Assembly: GCF_003334305.1 (NCBI RefSeq)
Contig: NZ_QOWS01000009.1
Reading direction: 5' to 3' (one strand)
DNA: 64,000 bases
From: Escherichia coli
Lineage (GTDB): Bacteria > Pseudomonadota > Gammaproteobacteria > Enterobacterales > Enterobacteriaceae
This document shows positions 1 to 10,893 of this stretch, in pieces. Below the pieces are notes generated by a model. It was not told the origin of the DNA. It saw only the letters and a list, made by a program, of their open reading frames with translations, and ran no database searches. A program made the position numbers and the translations under genes. The first letter of the stretch is position 1; every line of letters begins with the position of its first letter.

Positions 1-1539
1 CAAATCCGCCATATTCTGGCCCGTCATGAACAGGGCGCGGGATTTATCGCTCAGGGGATGGCGCGCACCGACGGTAAACCGGCGGTCTGTATGGCCTGTA
101 GCGGACCGGGTGCGACTAACCTGGTGACCGCCATTGCCGATGCGCGGCTGGACTCCATCCCGCTGATTTGCATCACCGGTCAGGTTCCCGCCTCGATGAT
201 CGGCACCGACGCCTTCCAGGAAGTGGACACCTACGGCATCTCTATCCCCATCACCAAACACAACTATCTGGTCAGACATATCGAAGAACTCCCGCAGGTC
301 ATGAGCGATGCCTTCCGCATTGCGCAATCAGGCCGCCCAGGCCCGGTGTGGATAGACATTCCTAAGGATGTGCAAACGGCAGTTTTTGAGATTGAAACAC
401 AGCCCGCTATGGCAGAAAAAGCCGCCGCCCCCGCCTTTAGCGAAGAAAGCATTCGTGACGCAGCGGCGATGATTAACGCTGCCAAACGCCCGGTGCTTTA
501 TCTGGGCGGCGGTGTGATCAATGCGCCCGCACGGGTGCGTGAACTGGCGGAGAAAGCGCAACTGCCTACCACCATGACTTTAATGGCGCTGGGCATGTTG
601 CCAAAAGCGCATCCGTTGTCGCTGGGTATGCTGGGGATGCACGGCGTGCGCAGCACCAACTATATTTTGCAGGAGGCGGATTTGTTGATAGTGCTCGGTG
701 CGCGTTTTGATGACCGGGCGATTGGCAAAACCGAGCAGTTCTGTCCGAATGCCAAAATTATTCATGTCGATATCGATCGCGCAGAGCTGGGTAAAATCAA
801 GCAGCCGCATGTGGCGATTCAGGCGGATGTTGATGACGTGCTGGCGCAATTGATCCCGCAGGTGGAAGCGCAACCGCGTGCAGAGTGGCACCAGTTGGTA
901 GCGGATTTGCAGCGCGAATTCCCGTGTCCAATCCCGAAAGCGTGCGATCCATTAAGCCATTACGGCCTGATCAACGCCGTTGCCGCCTGTGTCGATGACA
1001 ATGCGATTATCACCACCGATGTGGGTCAGCATCAGATGTGGACCGCGCAAGCTTATCCGCTCAATCGCCCACGCCAGTGGCTGACCTCCGGTGGGCTGGG
1101 CACGATGGGTTTTGGCCTGCCTGCGGCGATTGGCGCGGCGCTGGCGAACCCGGATCGCAAAGTGTTGTGTTTCTCCGGCGACGGCAGCCTGATGATGAAT
1201 ATTCAGGAGATGGCGACCGCCAGTGAAAATCAGCTGGATGTCAAAATCATTCTGATGAACAACGAAGCGCTGGGGCTGGTGCATCAGCAACAGAGTCTGT
1301 TCTACGAGCAAGGCGTTTTTGCCGCCACCTATCCGGGCAAAATCAACTTTATGCAGATTGCCGCCGGATTCGGCCTCGAAACCTGTGATTTGAATAACGA
1401 AGCCGATCCGCAGGCTGCATTGCAGGAAATCATCAATCGCCCTGGCCCGGCGCTGATCCATGTGCGCATTGATGCCGAAGAAAAAGTTTACCCGATGGTG
1501 CCGCCAGGTGCGGCGAATACTGAAATGGTGGGGGAATAA
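1..1539 (+). CDS. ilvB: Acetolactate synthase I large subunit, 5'-truncated by window edge (C-terminal ~513 aa present)
   Basis: Open frame from position 1 in the frame of ORF 58..1539; TPP-enzyme motifs (GDGS..MNIQE); immediately followed by a 96-aa small subunit. Confidence 0.93.
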   Translation, partial: QIRHILARHEQGAGFIAQGMARTDGKPAVCMACSGPGATNLVTAIADARLDSIPLICITGQVPASMIGTDAFQEVDTYGISIPITKHNYLVRHIEELPQVMSDAFRIAQSGRPGPVWIDIPKDVQTAVFEIETQPAMAEKAAAPAFSEESIRDAAAMINAAKRPVLYLGGGVINAPARVRELAEKAQLPTTMTLMALGMLPKAHPLSLGMLGMHGVRSTNYILQEADLLIVLGARFDDRAIGKTEQFCPNAKIIHVDIDRAELGKIKQPHVAIQADVDDVLAQLIPQVEAQPRAEWHQLVADLQREFPCPIPKACDPLSHYGLINAVAACVDDNAIITTDVGQHQMWTAQAYPLNRPRQWLTSGGLGTMGFGLPAAIGAALANPDRKVLCFSGDGSLMMNIQEMATASENQLDVKIILMNNEALGLVHQQQSLFYEQGVFAATYPGKINFMQIAAGFGLETCDLNNEADPQAALQEIINRPGPALIHVRIDAEEKVYPMVPPGAANTEMVGE

Positions 1540-1542
1540 GCC

Positions 1543-1833
1543 ATGCAAAACACAACTCATAACAACGTAATTCTGGAGCTCACCGTTCGCAACCATCCGG
1601 GCGTAATGACCCACGTTTGTGGCCTTTTTGCCCGCCGCGCTTTTAACGTTGAAGGCATTCTTTGTCTGCCGATTCAGGACAGCGACAAAAGCCATATCTG
1701 GCTACTGGTCAATGACGACCAGCGTCTGGAGCAGATGATAAGCCAAATCGATAAGCTGGAAGATGTCGTGAAAGTGCAGCGTAATCAGTCCGATCCGACG
1801 ATGTTTAACAAGATCGCGGTGTTTTTTCAGTAA
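1543..1833 (+). CDS. ilvN: Acetolactate synthase I small (regulatory) subunit
   Basis: 96-aa ORF 4 nt after ilvB stop; sequence [40 protein letters not shown] matches IlvN. Confidence 0.95.
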
Positions 1834-1855
1834 CCGCTCAAGGCTTGAACAACAT

Positions 1856-1889
1856 CGCGCTTATCGTTAAGGTAAGCGCGTTTTTTTTT
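1856..1889 (+). terminator. Rho-independent terminator of ilvBN
   Basis: Inverted repeat CGCGCTTA-N9-TAAGCGCG followed by a T9 run, 23 nt after ilvN stop. Confidence 0.65.
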
Positions 1890-1907
1890 ACCCGCCAGGA
1901 CAAGACC

Positions 1908-2498
1908 ATGATCACCGTTGCCCTTATAGACGATCACCTCATCGTCCGCTCCGGCTTTGCGCAGCTGCTGGGGCTGGAACCTGATTTGCAGGTAGTTGCC
2001 GAGTTTGGTTCGGGGCGCGAGGCGCTGGCGGGGCTGCCGGGGCGCGGTGTGCAGGTGTGTATTTGCGATATCTCCATGCCCGATATCTCCGGTCTGGAAC
2101 TGCTAAGCCAGCTGCCGAAAGGTATGGCGACAATAATGCTCTCTGTTCATGACAGTCCGGCGCTGGTTGAGCAGGCGCTTAACGCGGGGGCGCGCGGCTT
2201 TCTCTCCAAACGCTGTAGCCCTGACGAACTGATTGCGGCGGTGCATACGGTTGCTACGGGCGGCTGTTATCTGACGCCGGATATTGCCATTAAACTGGCA
2301 TCCGGTCGTCAGGACCCGCTGACCAAACGTGAACGCCAGGTGGCGGAAAAACTGGCGCAAGGAATGGCGGTGAAAGAGATTGCCGCCGAACTGGGCTTGT
2401 CACCGAAAACGGTACACGTCCATCGCGCCAATCTGATGGAAAAACTGGGCGTCAGTAACGACGTAGAACTGGCGCGCCGCATGTTTGATGGCTGGTGA
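1908..2498 (+). CDS. uhpA: Response regulator UhpA (LuxR/NarL family)
   Basis: 196-aa frame from internal ATG ([17 protein letters not shown]...) of ORF 1845..2498; receiver plus HTH domains; AGGA SD upstream. Confidence 0.93.
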
Positions 2499-4000
2499 TG
2501 AAGACGTTGTTCTCCCGCTTAATTACCGTTATTGCCTGCTTTTTTATCTTCTCTGCCGCATGGTTTTGCCTGTGGAGTATCAGCCTGCACCTGGTTGAGC
2601 GCCCTGATATGGCGGTGCTGTTATTTCCGTTTGGTCTGCGGCTAGGGCTAATGCTGCAATGCCCGCGCGGATACTGGCCCGTATTGCTGGGTGCGGAATG
2701 GCTGCTAATTTACTGGCTAACGCAGGCGGTCGGTTTAACCCATTTTCCGTTATTGATGATCGGTAGTTTACTGACGTTACTGCCCGTAGCGCTGATCTCG
2801 CGCTATCGCCATCAGCGTGACTGGCGCACCTTGCTGTTACAGGGGGCGGCGTTAACGGCGGCGGCGTTGTTGCAGTCGCTGCCCTGGCTTTGGCACGGCA
2901 AAGAGTCGTGGAATGCGCTGTTGCTGACTTTAACTGGCGGCCTGACGCTGGCCCCGATATGTCTGGTGTTCTGGCACTATCTCGCCAATAACACCTGGCT
3001 GCCGCTCGGCCCGTCACTGGTTTCTCAACCGATCAACTGGCGCGGGCGGCATCTGGTCTGGTACTTGCTGTTGTTTGTTATTAGTCTCTGGCTCCAGTTG
3101 GGATTGCCGGACGAACTGTCGCGCTTTACGCCATTCTGCCTGGCGCTGCCGATTATCGCGCTGGCCTGGCACTACGGTTGGCAAGGGGCGCTGATCGCGA
3201 CGTTGATGAACGCCATCGCGCTGATCGCCAGTCAAACCTGGCGCGATCATCCGGTGGATTTATTGCTCTCGTTGCTGGTGCAAAGTCTGACAGGGTTGTT
3301 ACTGGGCGCTGGCATCCAGCGGTTGCGTGAACTTAACCAGTCGCTGCAAAAGGAACTGGCGCGCAATCAGCATCTGGCTGAACGGTTGCTGGAAACCGAA
3401 GAGAGCGTGCGTCGTGATGTGGCGCGTGAGCTGCATGATGATATCGGTCAGACCATCACTGCTATTCGTACTCAGGCGGGCATTGTTCAGCGGCTGGCGG
3501 CAGATAACGCCAGCGTGAAGCAGAGCGGGCAGCTCATCGAACAACTATCGCTGGGCGTTTACGACGCGGTGCGCCGTTTGTTGGGTCGGTTACGTCCGCG
3601 CCAGTTGGATGATCTCACCCTGGAGCAGGCCATCCGCTCACTGATGCGGGAAATGGAGCTGGAAGGGCGCGGTATTGTCAGCCATCTCGAATGGCGAATC
3701 GATGAATCAGCATTAAGTGAAAACCAGCGCGTGACGCTGTTTCGTGTCTGCCAGGAAGGGCTGAACAACATTGTGAAACATGCTGATGCCAGCGCGGTCA
3801 CGCTGCAAGGCTGGCAGCAGGATGAACGGTTGATGCTGGTTATTGAAGACGATGGCAGCGGTTTGCCGCCGGGTTCCGGGCAACAAGGTTTTGGCCTCAC
3901 CGGAATGCGCGAGCGCGTAACGGCGCTGGGTGGCACATTACACATTTCCTGTCTGCACGGCACGCGTGTCAGCGTTTCTCTACCTCAACGCTATGTCTAA
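2498..4000 (+). CDS. uhpB: Sensor histidine kinase UhpB
   Basis: 500 aa from ATG overlapping the uhpA stop (ATGA); polytopic N-terminus plus HisKA_3/HATPase C-terminus. Confidence 0.95.
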
Positions 4001-4009
4001 GGTTTGATG

Positions 4010-5329
4010 ATGTTGCCGTTTCTGAAAGCGCCTGCCGATGCGCCATTAATGACTGATAAATATGAAATTGATGCCCGCTATCGCTACTGGCGTCGGCATA
4101 TTCTGCTGACCATCTGGCTGGGTTATGCGCTGTTTTACTTCACGCGGAAAAGTTTTAACGCCGCCGTACCAGAAATCCTTGCTAACGGCGTGCTCAGCCG
4201 TAGCGATATCGGCCTGTTAGCGACCCTGTTTTACATTACCTATGGCGTGTCGAAGTTTGTCTCCGGCATTGTCAGCGATCGCTCAAATGCCCGTTATTTT
4301 ATGGGGATAGGGCTTATCGCCACGGGCATTATCAACATTCTGTTTGGCTTCTCGACGTCGCTATGGGCGTTTGCCGTGCTCTGGGTGCTGAACGCCTTTT
4401 TCCAGGGCTGGGGTTCACCGGTGTGTGCGCGTCTGTTAACGGCCTGGTATTCACGTACCGAGCGCGGCGGTTGGTGGGCATTATGGAACACGGCGCATAA
4501 CGTCGGCGGCGCACTCATTCCCATTGTGATGGCAGCGGCTGCACTACATTACGGCTGGCGTGCCGGGATGATGATTGCTGGTTGTATGGCGATCGTCGTG
4601 GGAATTTTTCTCTGCTGGCGGCTGCGCGATCGCCCGCAGGCGTTAGGTTTACCGGCGGTCGGTGAATGGCGACACGACGCGCTGGAGATAGCTCAACAAC
4701 AAGAAGGGGCAGGGCTGACGCGTAAAGAGATCCTCACCAAATATGTGTTGCTGAATCCGTATATCTGGCTGCTTTCGTTTTGCTATGTGCTGGTCTATGT
4801 GGTCCGGGCGGCAATCAACGACTGGGGCAATTTGTATATGTCCGAGACGCTGGGCGTCGATCTGGTCACGGCGAATACGGCAGTGACGATGTTTGAACTG
4901 GGCGGATTTATCGGTGCGCTGGTAGCCGGTTGGGGCTCGGACAAATTGTTTAACGGCAACCGTGGGCCGATGAATTTGATTTTCGCCGCCGGAATTTTGC
5001 TTTCAGTCGGCTCGCTGTGGCTGATGCCATTTGCCAGCTACGTGATGCAGGCAACCTGCTTCTTCACCATTGGTTTTTTTGTCTTTGGCCCGCAGATGTT
5101 AATCGGCATGGCGGCGGCAGAGTGTTCCCACAAAGAGGCGGCAGGGGCGGCGACGGGGTTTGTCGGCTTGTTTGCTTATCTGGGGGCGTCGCTTGCTGGT
5201 TGGCCGCTGGCGAAAGTACTCGATACCTGGCACTGGAGCGGATTTTTTGTGGTTATCTCTATCGCCGCCGGGATTTCCGCACTGCTGTTACTGCCCTTTT
5301 TGAACGCCCAGGCACCGCGCGAAGCGTGA
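4010..5329 (+). CDS. uhpC: MFS membrane sensor UhpC (glucose-6-phosphate receptor)
   Basis: 439 aa from second ATG (MLPFLKAPADAPL...); organophosphate:Pi antiporter family; ORF track gives 4004..5329 from an upstream TTG. Confidence 0.93.
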   Translation: MLPFLKAPADAPLMTDKYEIDARYRYWRRHILLTIWLGYALFYFTRKSFNAAVPEILANGVLSRSDIGLLATLFYITYGVSKFVSGIVSDRSNARYFMGIGLIATGIINILFGFSTSLWAFAVLWVLNAFFQGWGSPVCARLLTAWYSRTERGGWWALWNTAHNVGGALIPIVMAAAALHYGWRAGMMIAGCMAIVVGIFLCWRLRDRPQALGLPAVGEWRHDALEIAQQQEGAGLTRKEILTKYVLLNPYIWLLSFCYVLVYVVRAAINDWGNLYMSETLGVDLVTANTAVTMFELGGFIGALVAGWGSDKLFNGNRGPMNLIFAAGILLSVGSLWLMPFASYVMQATCFFTIGFFVFGPQMLIGMAAAECSHKEAAGAATGFVGLFAYLGASLAGWPLAKVLDTWHWSGFFVVISIAAGISALLLLPFLNAQAPREA

Positions 5330-5349
5330 TGCATCTCACCTTTTCACTT

Positions 5350-5440
5350 CATATCCGGCAAAACTAAGAAATTTTCCAGGTTTTGCCTGGACGCTATCTC
5401 AGGCCTGATTTGCTGCTGATTTTTACAATGCATGCCTCAC
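5350..5440 (+). promoter_or_regulatory. uhpT promoter region with candidate UhpA-binding dyad and -10 element
   Basis: Perfect dyad TCCAGG-N5-CCTGGA at 5375..5391 and TACAAT at 5424..5429, about 38 nt upstream of the uhpT ATG; assignment to UhpA binding is from known uhpT regulation, not proven here. Confidence 0.45.
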
Positions 5441-5466
5441 GCAGGTATTCATTTCAGGAGTAACCC

Positions 5467-6858
5467 ATGCTGGCTTTCTTAAACCAGGTTCGCAAGCCGA
5501 CCCTGGACCTTCCGCTCGAAGTGCGGCGCAAAATGTGGTTCAAACCGTTCATGCAATCCTACCTGGTGGTCTTTATCGGCTACCTGACGATGTACCTGAT
5601 TCGCAAGAACTTTAACATCGCGCAGAACGACATGATTTCGACCTACGGGTTGAGCATGACGCAACTGGGGATGATCGGCCTGGGTTTCTCCATCACTTAT
5701 GGCGTGGGTAAAACGCTGGTTTCCTACTACGCCGACGGCAAAAACACCAAACAATTCCTGCCGTTTATGCTTATCCTGTCTGCCATTTGTATGCTGGGCT
5801 TCAGTGCCAGTATGGGCAGCGGCTCGGTTAGCCTGTTCCTGATGATTGCCTTCTACGCCTTAAGCGGCTTTTTCCAGAGTACCGGCGGTTCGTGCAGTTA
5901 CTCCACCATCACCAAATGGACGCCGCGTCGTAAACGCGGGACATTCCTCGGTTTCTGGAATATTTCTCACAACCTTGGCGGTGCAGGCGCAGCAGGTGTG
6001 GCGCTGTTCGGGGCAAATTACCTGTTCGATGGCCATGTCATCGGCATGTTTATCTTCCCGTCGATTATCGCGCTGATTGTCGGTTTTATCGGCCTGCGTT
6101 ACGGTAGCGACTCCCCGGAATCTTATGGCCTCGGCAAAGCTGAAGAACTGTTCGGCGAGGAGATCAGCGAAGAGGACAAAGAGACAGAATCTACCGATAT
6201 GACCAAGTGGCAGATCTTTGTTGAGTATGTGCTGAAAAACAAAGTGATCTGGCTGCTGTGCTTCGCCAACATTTTCCTCTATGTGGTACGTATTGGTATC
6301 GACCAGTGGTCAACCGTATACGCGTTCCAGGAACTGAAACTCTCTAAAGCGGTGGCGATTCAGGGCTTTACGCTGTTTGAAGCTGGTGCGCTGGTCGGTA
6401 CGCTGCTGTGGGGCTGGCTCTCTGACCTGGCGAACGGTCGCCGTGGCCTGGTGGCCTGCATCGCGCTGGCGTTGATTATCGCCACGCTCGGTGTGTATCA
6501 ACATGCCAGCAACGAATATATCTATCTGGCTTCTCTCTTTGCGTTGGGTTTCCTGGTCTTTGGCCCGCAATTGTTGATTGGTGTGGCTGCTGTTGGCTTT
6601 GTACCTAAAAAAGCGATTGGCGCTGCCGATGGTATTAAAGGCACCTTTGCTTACCTGATTGGTGACAGCTTTGCCAAGTTAGGTCTGGGAATGATTGCCG
6701 ATGGGACGCCGGTATTCGGCCTTACCGGCTGGGCAGGCACATTCGCCGCACTTGATATCGCCGCGATTGGTTGTATCTGCCTGATGGCGATAGTGGCGGT
6801 GATGGAAGAACGCAAAATCCGCCGCGAGAAAAAAATTCAGCAGTTGACAGTGGCATAA
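5467..6858 (+). CDS. uhpT: Hexose-6-phosphate:phosphate antiporter UhpT
   Basis: 463-aa MFS protein, [33 protein letters not shown]...; SD AGGAG upstream. Confidence 0.97.
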
Positions 6859-6876
6859 ACGTAACTGGTGACTTTT

Positions 6877-6904
6877 GCCCGGCATGACGCCGGGCTTTTT
6901 TATT
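6877..6904. terminator. Bidirectional rho-independent terminator between convergent uhpT and ade
   Basis: GCCCGGC-atgac-GCCGGGC hairpin followed by TTTTTTATT; A-run on the other strand. Confidence 0.7.
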
Positions 6905-8669
6905 ATTCCGTGACTTCCAGCGTAGTGAAGGCAAACTTCTCGCCATCAAATAGCCCCTGACTGGTTAGTTTTAGCGCGGGGATCACTGGCAGAGAAAGAA
7001 ACGCCATCTGAATAAACGGCTCATCGGGTAACGGACCGCATTCACGGGCGGCGGCTTTCAAGGCGTCAATCTGTTCCGCCAGCGACTGCGCCGTGTCGGT
7101 GCTCATCAGGCCGGCAATGGGCAACGGCAGATGACTTTGGACCTGGCCGTTACGTACCACGCACAGCCCGCCGCCATCCTGAATCACCTGATTGACCGCC
7201 AGCGCCATCTCTTCGGCACTGCGACCGATCACCACAATATTATGGCTGTCATGGCTGACCGTCGCAGCCAGCGCACCTTCATTCAGTCCAAAGCCGCCAA
7301 GCAAACCACAAGCCGGAGCCAGCCGTTGCCCGTAACGCTCAAGTACGGCAATAAAGCTCACATCATCGCGATCAAAACCATTTTCGCTGTAGACGCTGGA
7401 GTGGGAGTGCGTAATCAATTCGTTATGGATGACGTCAATGACCCGATAGCGTTTTCCGGGCGTAAATTGCAGGGCAAAGTCGCTGGCGGAAACTGGCTGG
7501 CGGGCAATGGTGTTGCCATATGGCGGAGCGGATTGTGCCAGTCTCGCCGACTCTTCCGCCTGTAAGGTTTGCGCATCAATCGGCTCGCCTTTCACCAGTA
7601 CCTGCTGCACCGTGACCTTACGCGCATCGCTCAACAGGACGATATCGGCCTGCTTGCCGGGTGCCAGTAAGCCGAGGTGATTCAGACCAAAGTGGCGCGC
7701 CGTCGACCAGCTGGCGACGCGATATGCCACATGCAGCGGCACATTGTGTTGTTCGATCAGGCGGCGAATTAAGGCATCGATGTGTCCTTCATGGGCGATC
7801 TCCCACGGGTTACGGTCATCGGTACAGAGCATGCATTGCGGGCTGTTAAATTCGTTGATCAACGGTGCCAGCGCGTTGAGATTGCGGGCAGCGGACCCTT
7901 CGCGGATCATCAACGACATGCCGAGTTGTAATTTCCGGCGTCCTTCTTCCAGCTGATAACTTTCGTGGCAGTTTTCAATACCCGCAGTAATATAGGCGTT
8001 AAGTTCTTTACCACCCAAACCCGGGCAGTGACCGTCCAGCGTCAGGTGGCGAAATGCATCCAGTTTATCGAGCAGCGCATTCTGCCCGCTAATTACGCCA
8101 GGGTAGTCCATCATTTCTGCAAGGCCGGTAACCTGCGGATGGTCCCGCCAGGCGAGCATCTGTTCAAGGGTAAAACTGGCACCGTTAACATCGCAGCCTT
8201 CCAGGGCGGGTACGCAAGAGCTGACCTGTAAGTACTGGTTTTGCCTTGCCTGTTCGGCACAGCGGGCAAACCAGGCGAATCCGGCTTCTCCCATCACGTT
8301 GACGATTTCATGAGGGTCGCAAATAACGGTCGTCAGGCCGCGCGGCAGGGTAGCGGTTTCAAAAGTGACCGGCGTCATCATGCTGGATTCAATATGCAGG
8401 TGAGCATCAATAAACCCTGGCACCGCCGTTGCGCCGCGAGCATCAATCCGCTGCAAAGCCGGAGCATCAGCGTATTCTGCGCCAACACCGGCAATGTAAC
8501 GTCCTTTAATCACAATTGGGCCGGAAATTTCTCCGCCATTGATCAGGTCGAGAATAGAGACATTATCAATAATATAATCGGCAACAGCGTCGCCACGGGA
8601 AACGGCTAACAATTCCTGGTATTCAGCCCGGCTAATGTGATGAAATTTATGGTTAATAGAATTATTCAT
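6903..8669 (-). CDS. ade: Adenine deaminase
   Basis: 588-aa ORF, amidohydrolase metal-binding motifs ([10 protein letters not shown]), matches Ade/YicP. Confidence 0.95.
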   Translation of the reverse strand: MNNSINHKFHHISRAEYQELLAVSRGDAVADYIIDNVSILDLINGGEISGPIVIKGRYIAGVGAEYADAPALQRIDARGATAVPGFIDAHLHIESSMMTPVTFETATLPRGLTTVICDPHEIVNVMGEAGFAWFARCAEQARQNQYLQVSSCVPALEGCDVNGASFTLEQMLAWRDHPQVTGLAEMMDYPGVISGQNALLDKLDAFRHLTLDGHCPGLGGKELNAYITAGIENCHESYQLEEGRRKLQLGMSLMIREGSAARNLNALAPLINEFNSPQCMLCTDDRNPWEIAHEGHIDALIRRLIEQHNVPLHVAYRVASWSTARHFGLNHLGLLAPGKQADIVLLSDARKVTVQQVLVKGEPIDAQTLQAEESARLAQSAPPYGNTIARQPVSASDFALQFTPGKRYRVIDVIHNELITHSHSSVYSENGFDRDDVSFIAVLERYGQRLAPACGLLGGFGLNEGALAATVSHDSHNIVVIGRSAEEMALAVNQVIQDGGGLCVVRNGQVQSHLPLPIAGLMSTDTAQSLAEQIDALKAAARECGPLPDEPFIQMAFLSLPVIPALKLTSQGLFDGEKFAFTTLEVTE

Positions 8670-8843
8670 ATTTTTCTCATTTTAATTTTATCAATTTGAT
8701 TATTATTTATCATAAAGAAACGTCGCGAGATTATTAAAGAATATCCATTAATGTGCAATTGAAATGTGATAATTATCACTGAACCGTTGTTGTCATTTGT
8801 TTTACAAAAGCAAGGGATTAAATCTCCTCCAATGGACAAAAAA

Positions 8844-10178
8844 ATGAATAATGACAATACCGATTACGTGAGTAATGAATCAGGGACGCTTTCGCGATTA
8901 TTTAAACTACCTCAGCATGGGACCACCGTCCGCACAGAATTGATTGCGGGGATGACCACTTTTTTAACCATGGTGTACATCGTTTTTGTGAACCCGCAAA
9001 TCCTCGGCGCGGCACAAATGGACCCGAAAGTGGTGTTTGTTACCACCTGTTTGATTGCCGGTATCGGCAGTATTGCGATGGGGATATTTGCTAACTTACC
9101 CGTGGCGCTGGCTCCGGCAATGGGGCTGAACGCCTTCTTTGCCTTCGTGGTCGTGGGGGCGATGGGCATCTCCTGGCAGACCGGGATGGGCGCAATATTC
9201 TGGGGCGCAGTTGGACTATTTTTGCTCACGCTGTTTCGTATCCGGTACTGGATGATCTCCAACATTCCCTTAAGTTTACGTATTGGTATCACCAGCGGAA
9301 TTGGATTATTTATCGCCTTAATGGGATTAAAAAATACTGGCGTTATTGTCGCCAATAAAGACACGCTGGTGATGATTGGCGATTTAAGTTCTCACGGCGT
9401 GTTGTTAGGTATTTTAGGGTTTTTTATTATAACCGTGTTGTCATCACGTCATTTTCATGCCGCGGTGCTGGTTTCTATTGTGGTGACGTCTTGCTGTGGA
9501 TTATTTTTCGGTGATGTTCATTTTAGCGGCGTCTATTCCATTCCGCCTGATATTAGCGGCGTCATTGGTGAAGTAGATTTGAGCGGCGCGTTAACACTTG
9601 AACTCGCCGGTATCATTTTCTCCTTTATGCTGATCAACCTATTTGATTCATCAGGAACATTAATTGGTGTAACTGATAAAGCGGGCTTAATAGATGGTAA
9701 CGGTAAATTCCCCAATATGAATAAGGCGCTGTATGTTGATAGCGTCAGTTCGGTGGCGGGTGCGTTTATCGGCACCTCGTCTGTTACTGCCTATATTGAA
9801 AGTACTTCTGGTGTGGCAGTCGGTGGCCGCACGGGGCTGACTGCGGTTGTGGTTGGCGTTATGTTCCTGTTGGTTATGTTCTTCTCACCGCTGGTGGCGA
9901 TGGTTCCTCCTTACGCAACCGCCGGAGCGTTAATCTTTGTTGGCGTGCTGATGACTTCGAGCCTGGCGCGCGTTAACTGGGATGATTTTACCGAATCGGT
10001 GCCTGCGTTTATTACCACGGTGATGATGCCCTTTACTTTCTCGATCACCGAAGGGATTGCACTCGGCTTTATGTCGTACTGCATCATGAAAGTGTGCACC
10101 GGGCGCTGGCGCGATCTGAACCTGTGTGTGGTGGTGGTCGCAGCTCTGTTTGCACTGAAGATTATTCTGGTGGATTAG
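8844..10178 (+). CDS. adeQ: Adenine permease (NCS2/AzgA family)
   Basis: 444 aa from internal ATG (MNNDNTDYVSNESGTL...) of ORF 8766..10178; polytopic transporter. Confidence 0.9.
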   Translation: MNNDNTDYVSNESGTLSRLFKLPQHGTTVRTELIAGMTTFLTMVYIVFVNPQILGAAQMDPKVVFVTTCLIAGIGSIAMGIFANLPVALAPAMGLNAFFAFVVVGAMGISWQTGMGAIFWGAVGLFLLTLFRIRYWMISNIPLSLRIGITSGIGLFIALMGLKNTGVIVANKDTLVMIGDLSSHGVLLGILGFFIITVLSSRHFHAAVLVSIVVTSCCGLFFGDVHFSGVYSIPPDISGVIGEVDLSGALTLELAGIIFSFMLINLFDSSGTLIGVTDKAGLIDGNGKFPNMNKALYVDSVSSVAGAFIGTSSVTAYIESTSGVAVGGRTGLTAVVVGVMFLLVMFFSPLVAMVPPYATAGALIFVGVLMTSSLARVNWDDFTESVPAFITTVMMPFTFSITEGIALGFMSYCIMKVCTGRWRDLNLCVVVVAALFALKIILVD

Positions 10179-10230
10179 TAACTGGCGAGGGTTTCCAGAT
10201 ATCATGAGTTCTGATTACGCAGGAGAACTC

Positions 10231-10683
10231 ATGATCTGGATAATGCTCGCCACGCTGGCAGTGGTGTTTGTGGTTGGTTTTCGGGTGCTGACATCCGGGG
10301 CCAGAAAAGCGATTCGCCGTCTCAGCGATCGGCTGAATATCGATGTCATACCCGTGGAGTCGATGGTCGATCAAATGGGAAAGTCAGCCGGTGACGAATT
10401 TTTACGTTATTTGCATCGTCCGGATGAGTCGCACCTGCAAAACGCCGCGCAGGTGTTGCTCATCTGGCAAATTGTCATTGTCGATGGTAGCGAACAGAAC
10501 CTGCTGCAATGGCATCGGATTTTACAAAAAGCCCGTCTTGCCGCGCCGATTACCGATGCTCAGGTCAGGCTGGCGCTGGGGTTTCTGCGCGAAACCGAAC
10601 CTGAAATGCAGGATATTAATGCTTTTCAGATGCGCTATAACGCGTTCTTTCAGCCTGCCGAGGGCGTTCACTGGCTGCATTAA
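10231..10683 (+). CDS. yicN: DUF1198 family small membrane-anchored protein YicN
   Basis: 150 aa from internal ATG (MIWIMLATLAVVFVV...) of ORF 10204..10683; N-terminal TM helix. Confidence 0.8.
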   Translation: MIWIMLATLAVVFVVGFRVLTSGARKAIRRLSDRLNIDVIPVESMVDQMGKSAGDEFLRYLHRPDESHLQNAAQVLLIWQIVIVDGSEQNLLQWHRILQKARLAAPITDAQVRLALGFLRETEPEMQDINAFQMRYNAFFQPAEGVHWLH

Positions 10684-10689
10684 AACCGC

Positions 10690-10757
10690 TTCGTCTTATC
10701 AGCCTACAGACCGCGCCTGACCTGTCGGGTGGATAAGACGTTCACGCCGCATCCGGT
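10690..10757. repeat. REP/BIME-like extragenic palindromic repeat units
   Basis: cgtcttatcagcctacag and ggataagacgttcacgccgcatccgg resemble the REP consensus (GCCGGATGCGGCGTGAACGCCTTATCC) in opposite orientations. Confidence 0.55.
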
Positions 10758-10893
10758 AATCTTTGCCCTGTTCCGTTTCGATCTTAACTCCAGCTCAAGC
10801 AACACCGTAAAAGTTGCAAAAACGTTAAATGCGTCACACATTTCAATGTTAAAGTGGTCGGCTTTTCCCCTGAAACATGCGACGGGTAACACC

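Noticed and set aside
952-1695. 247-aa ORF on the minus strand
   Set aside because: Lies entirely antisense within ilvB/ilvN, which have clear homology-supported frames; typical GC-rich antisense open frame
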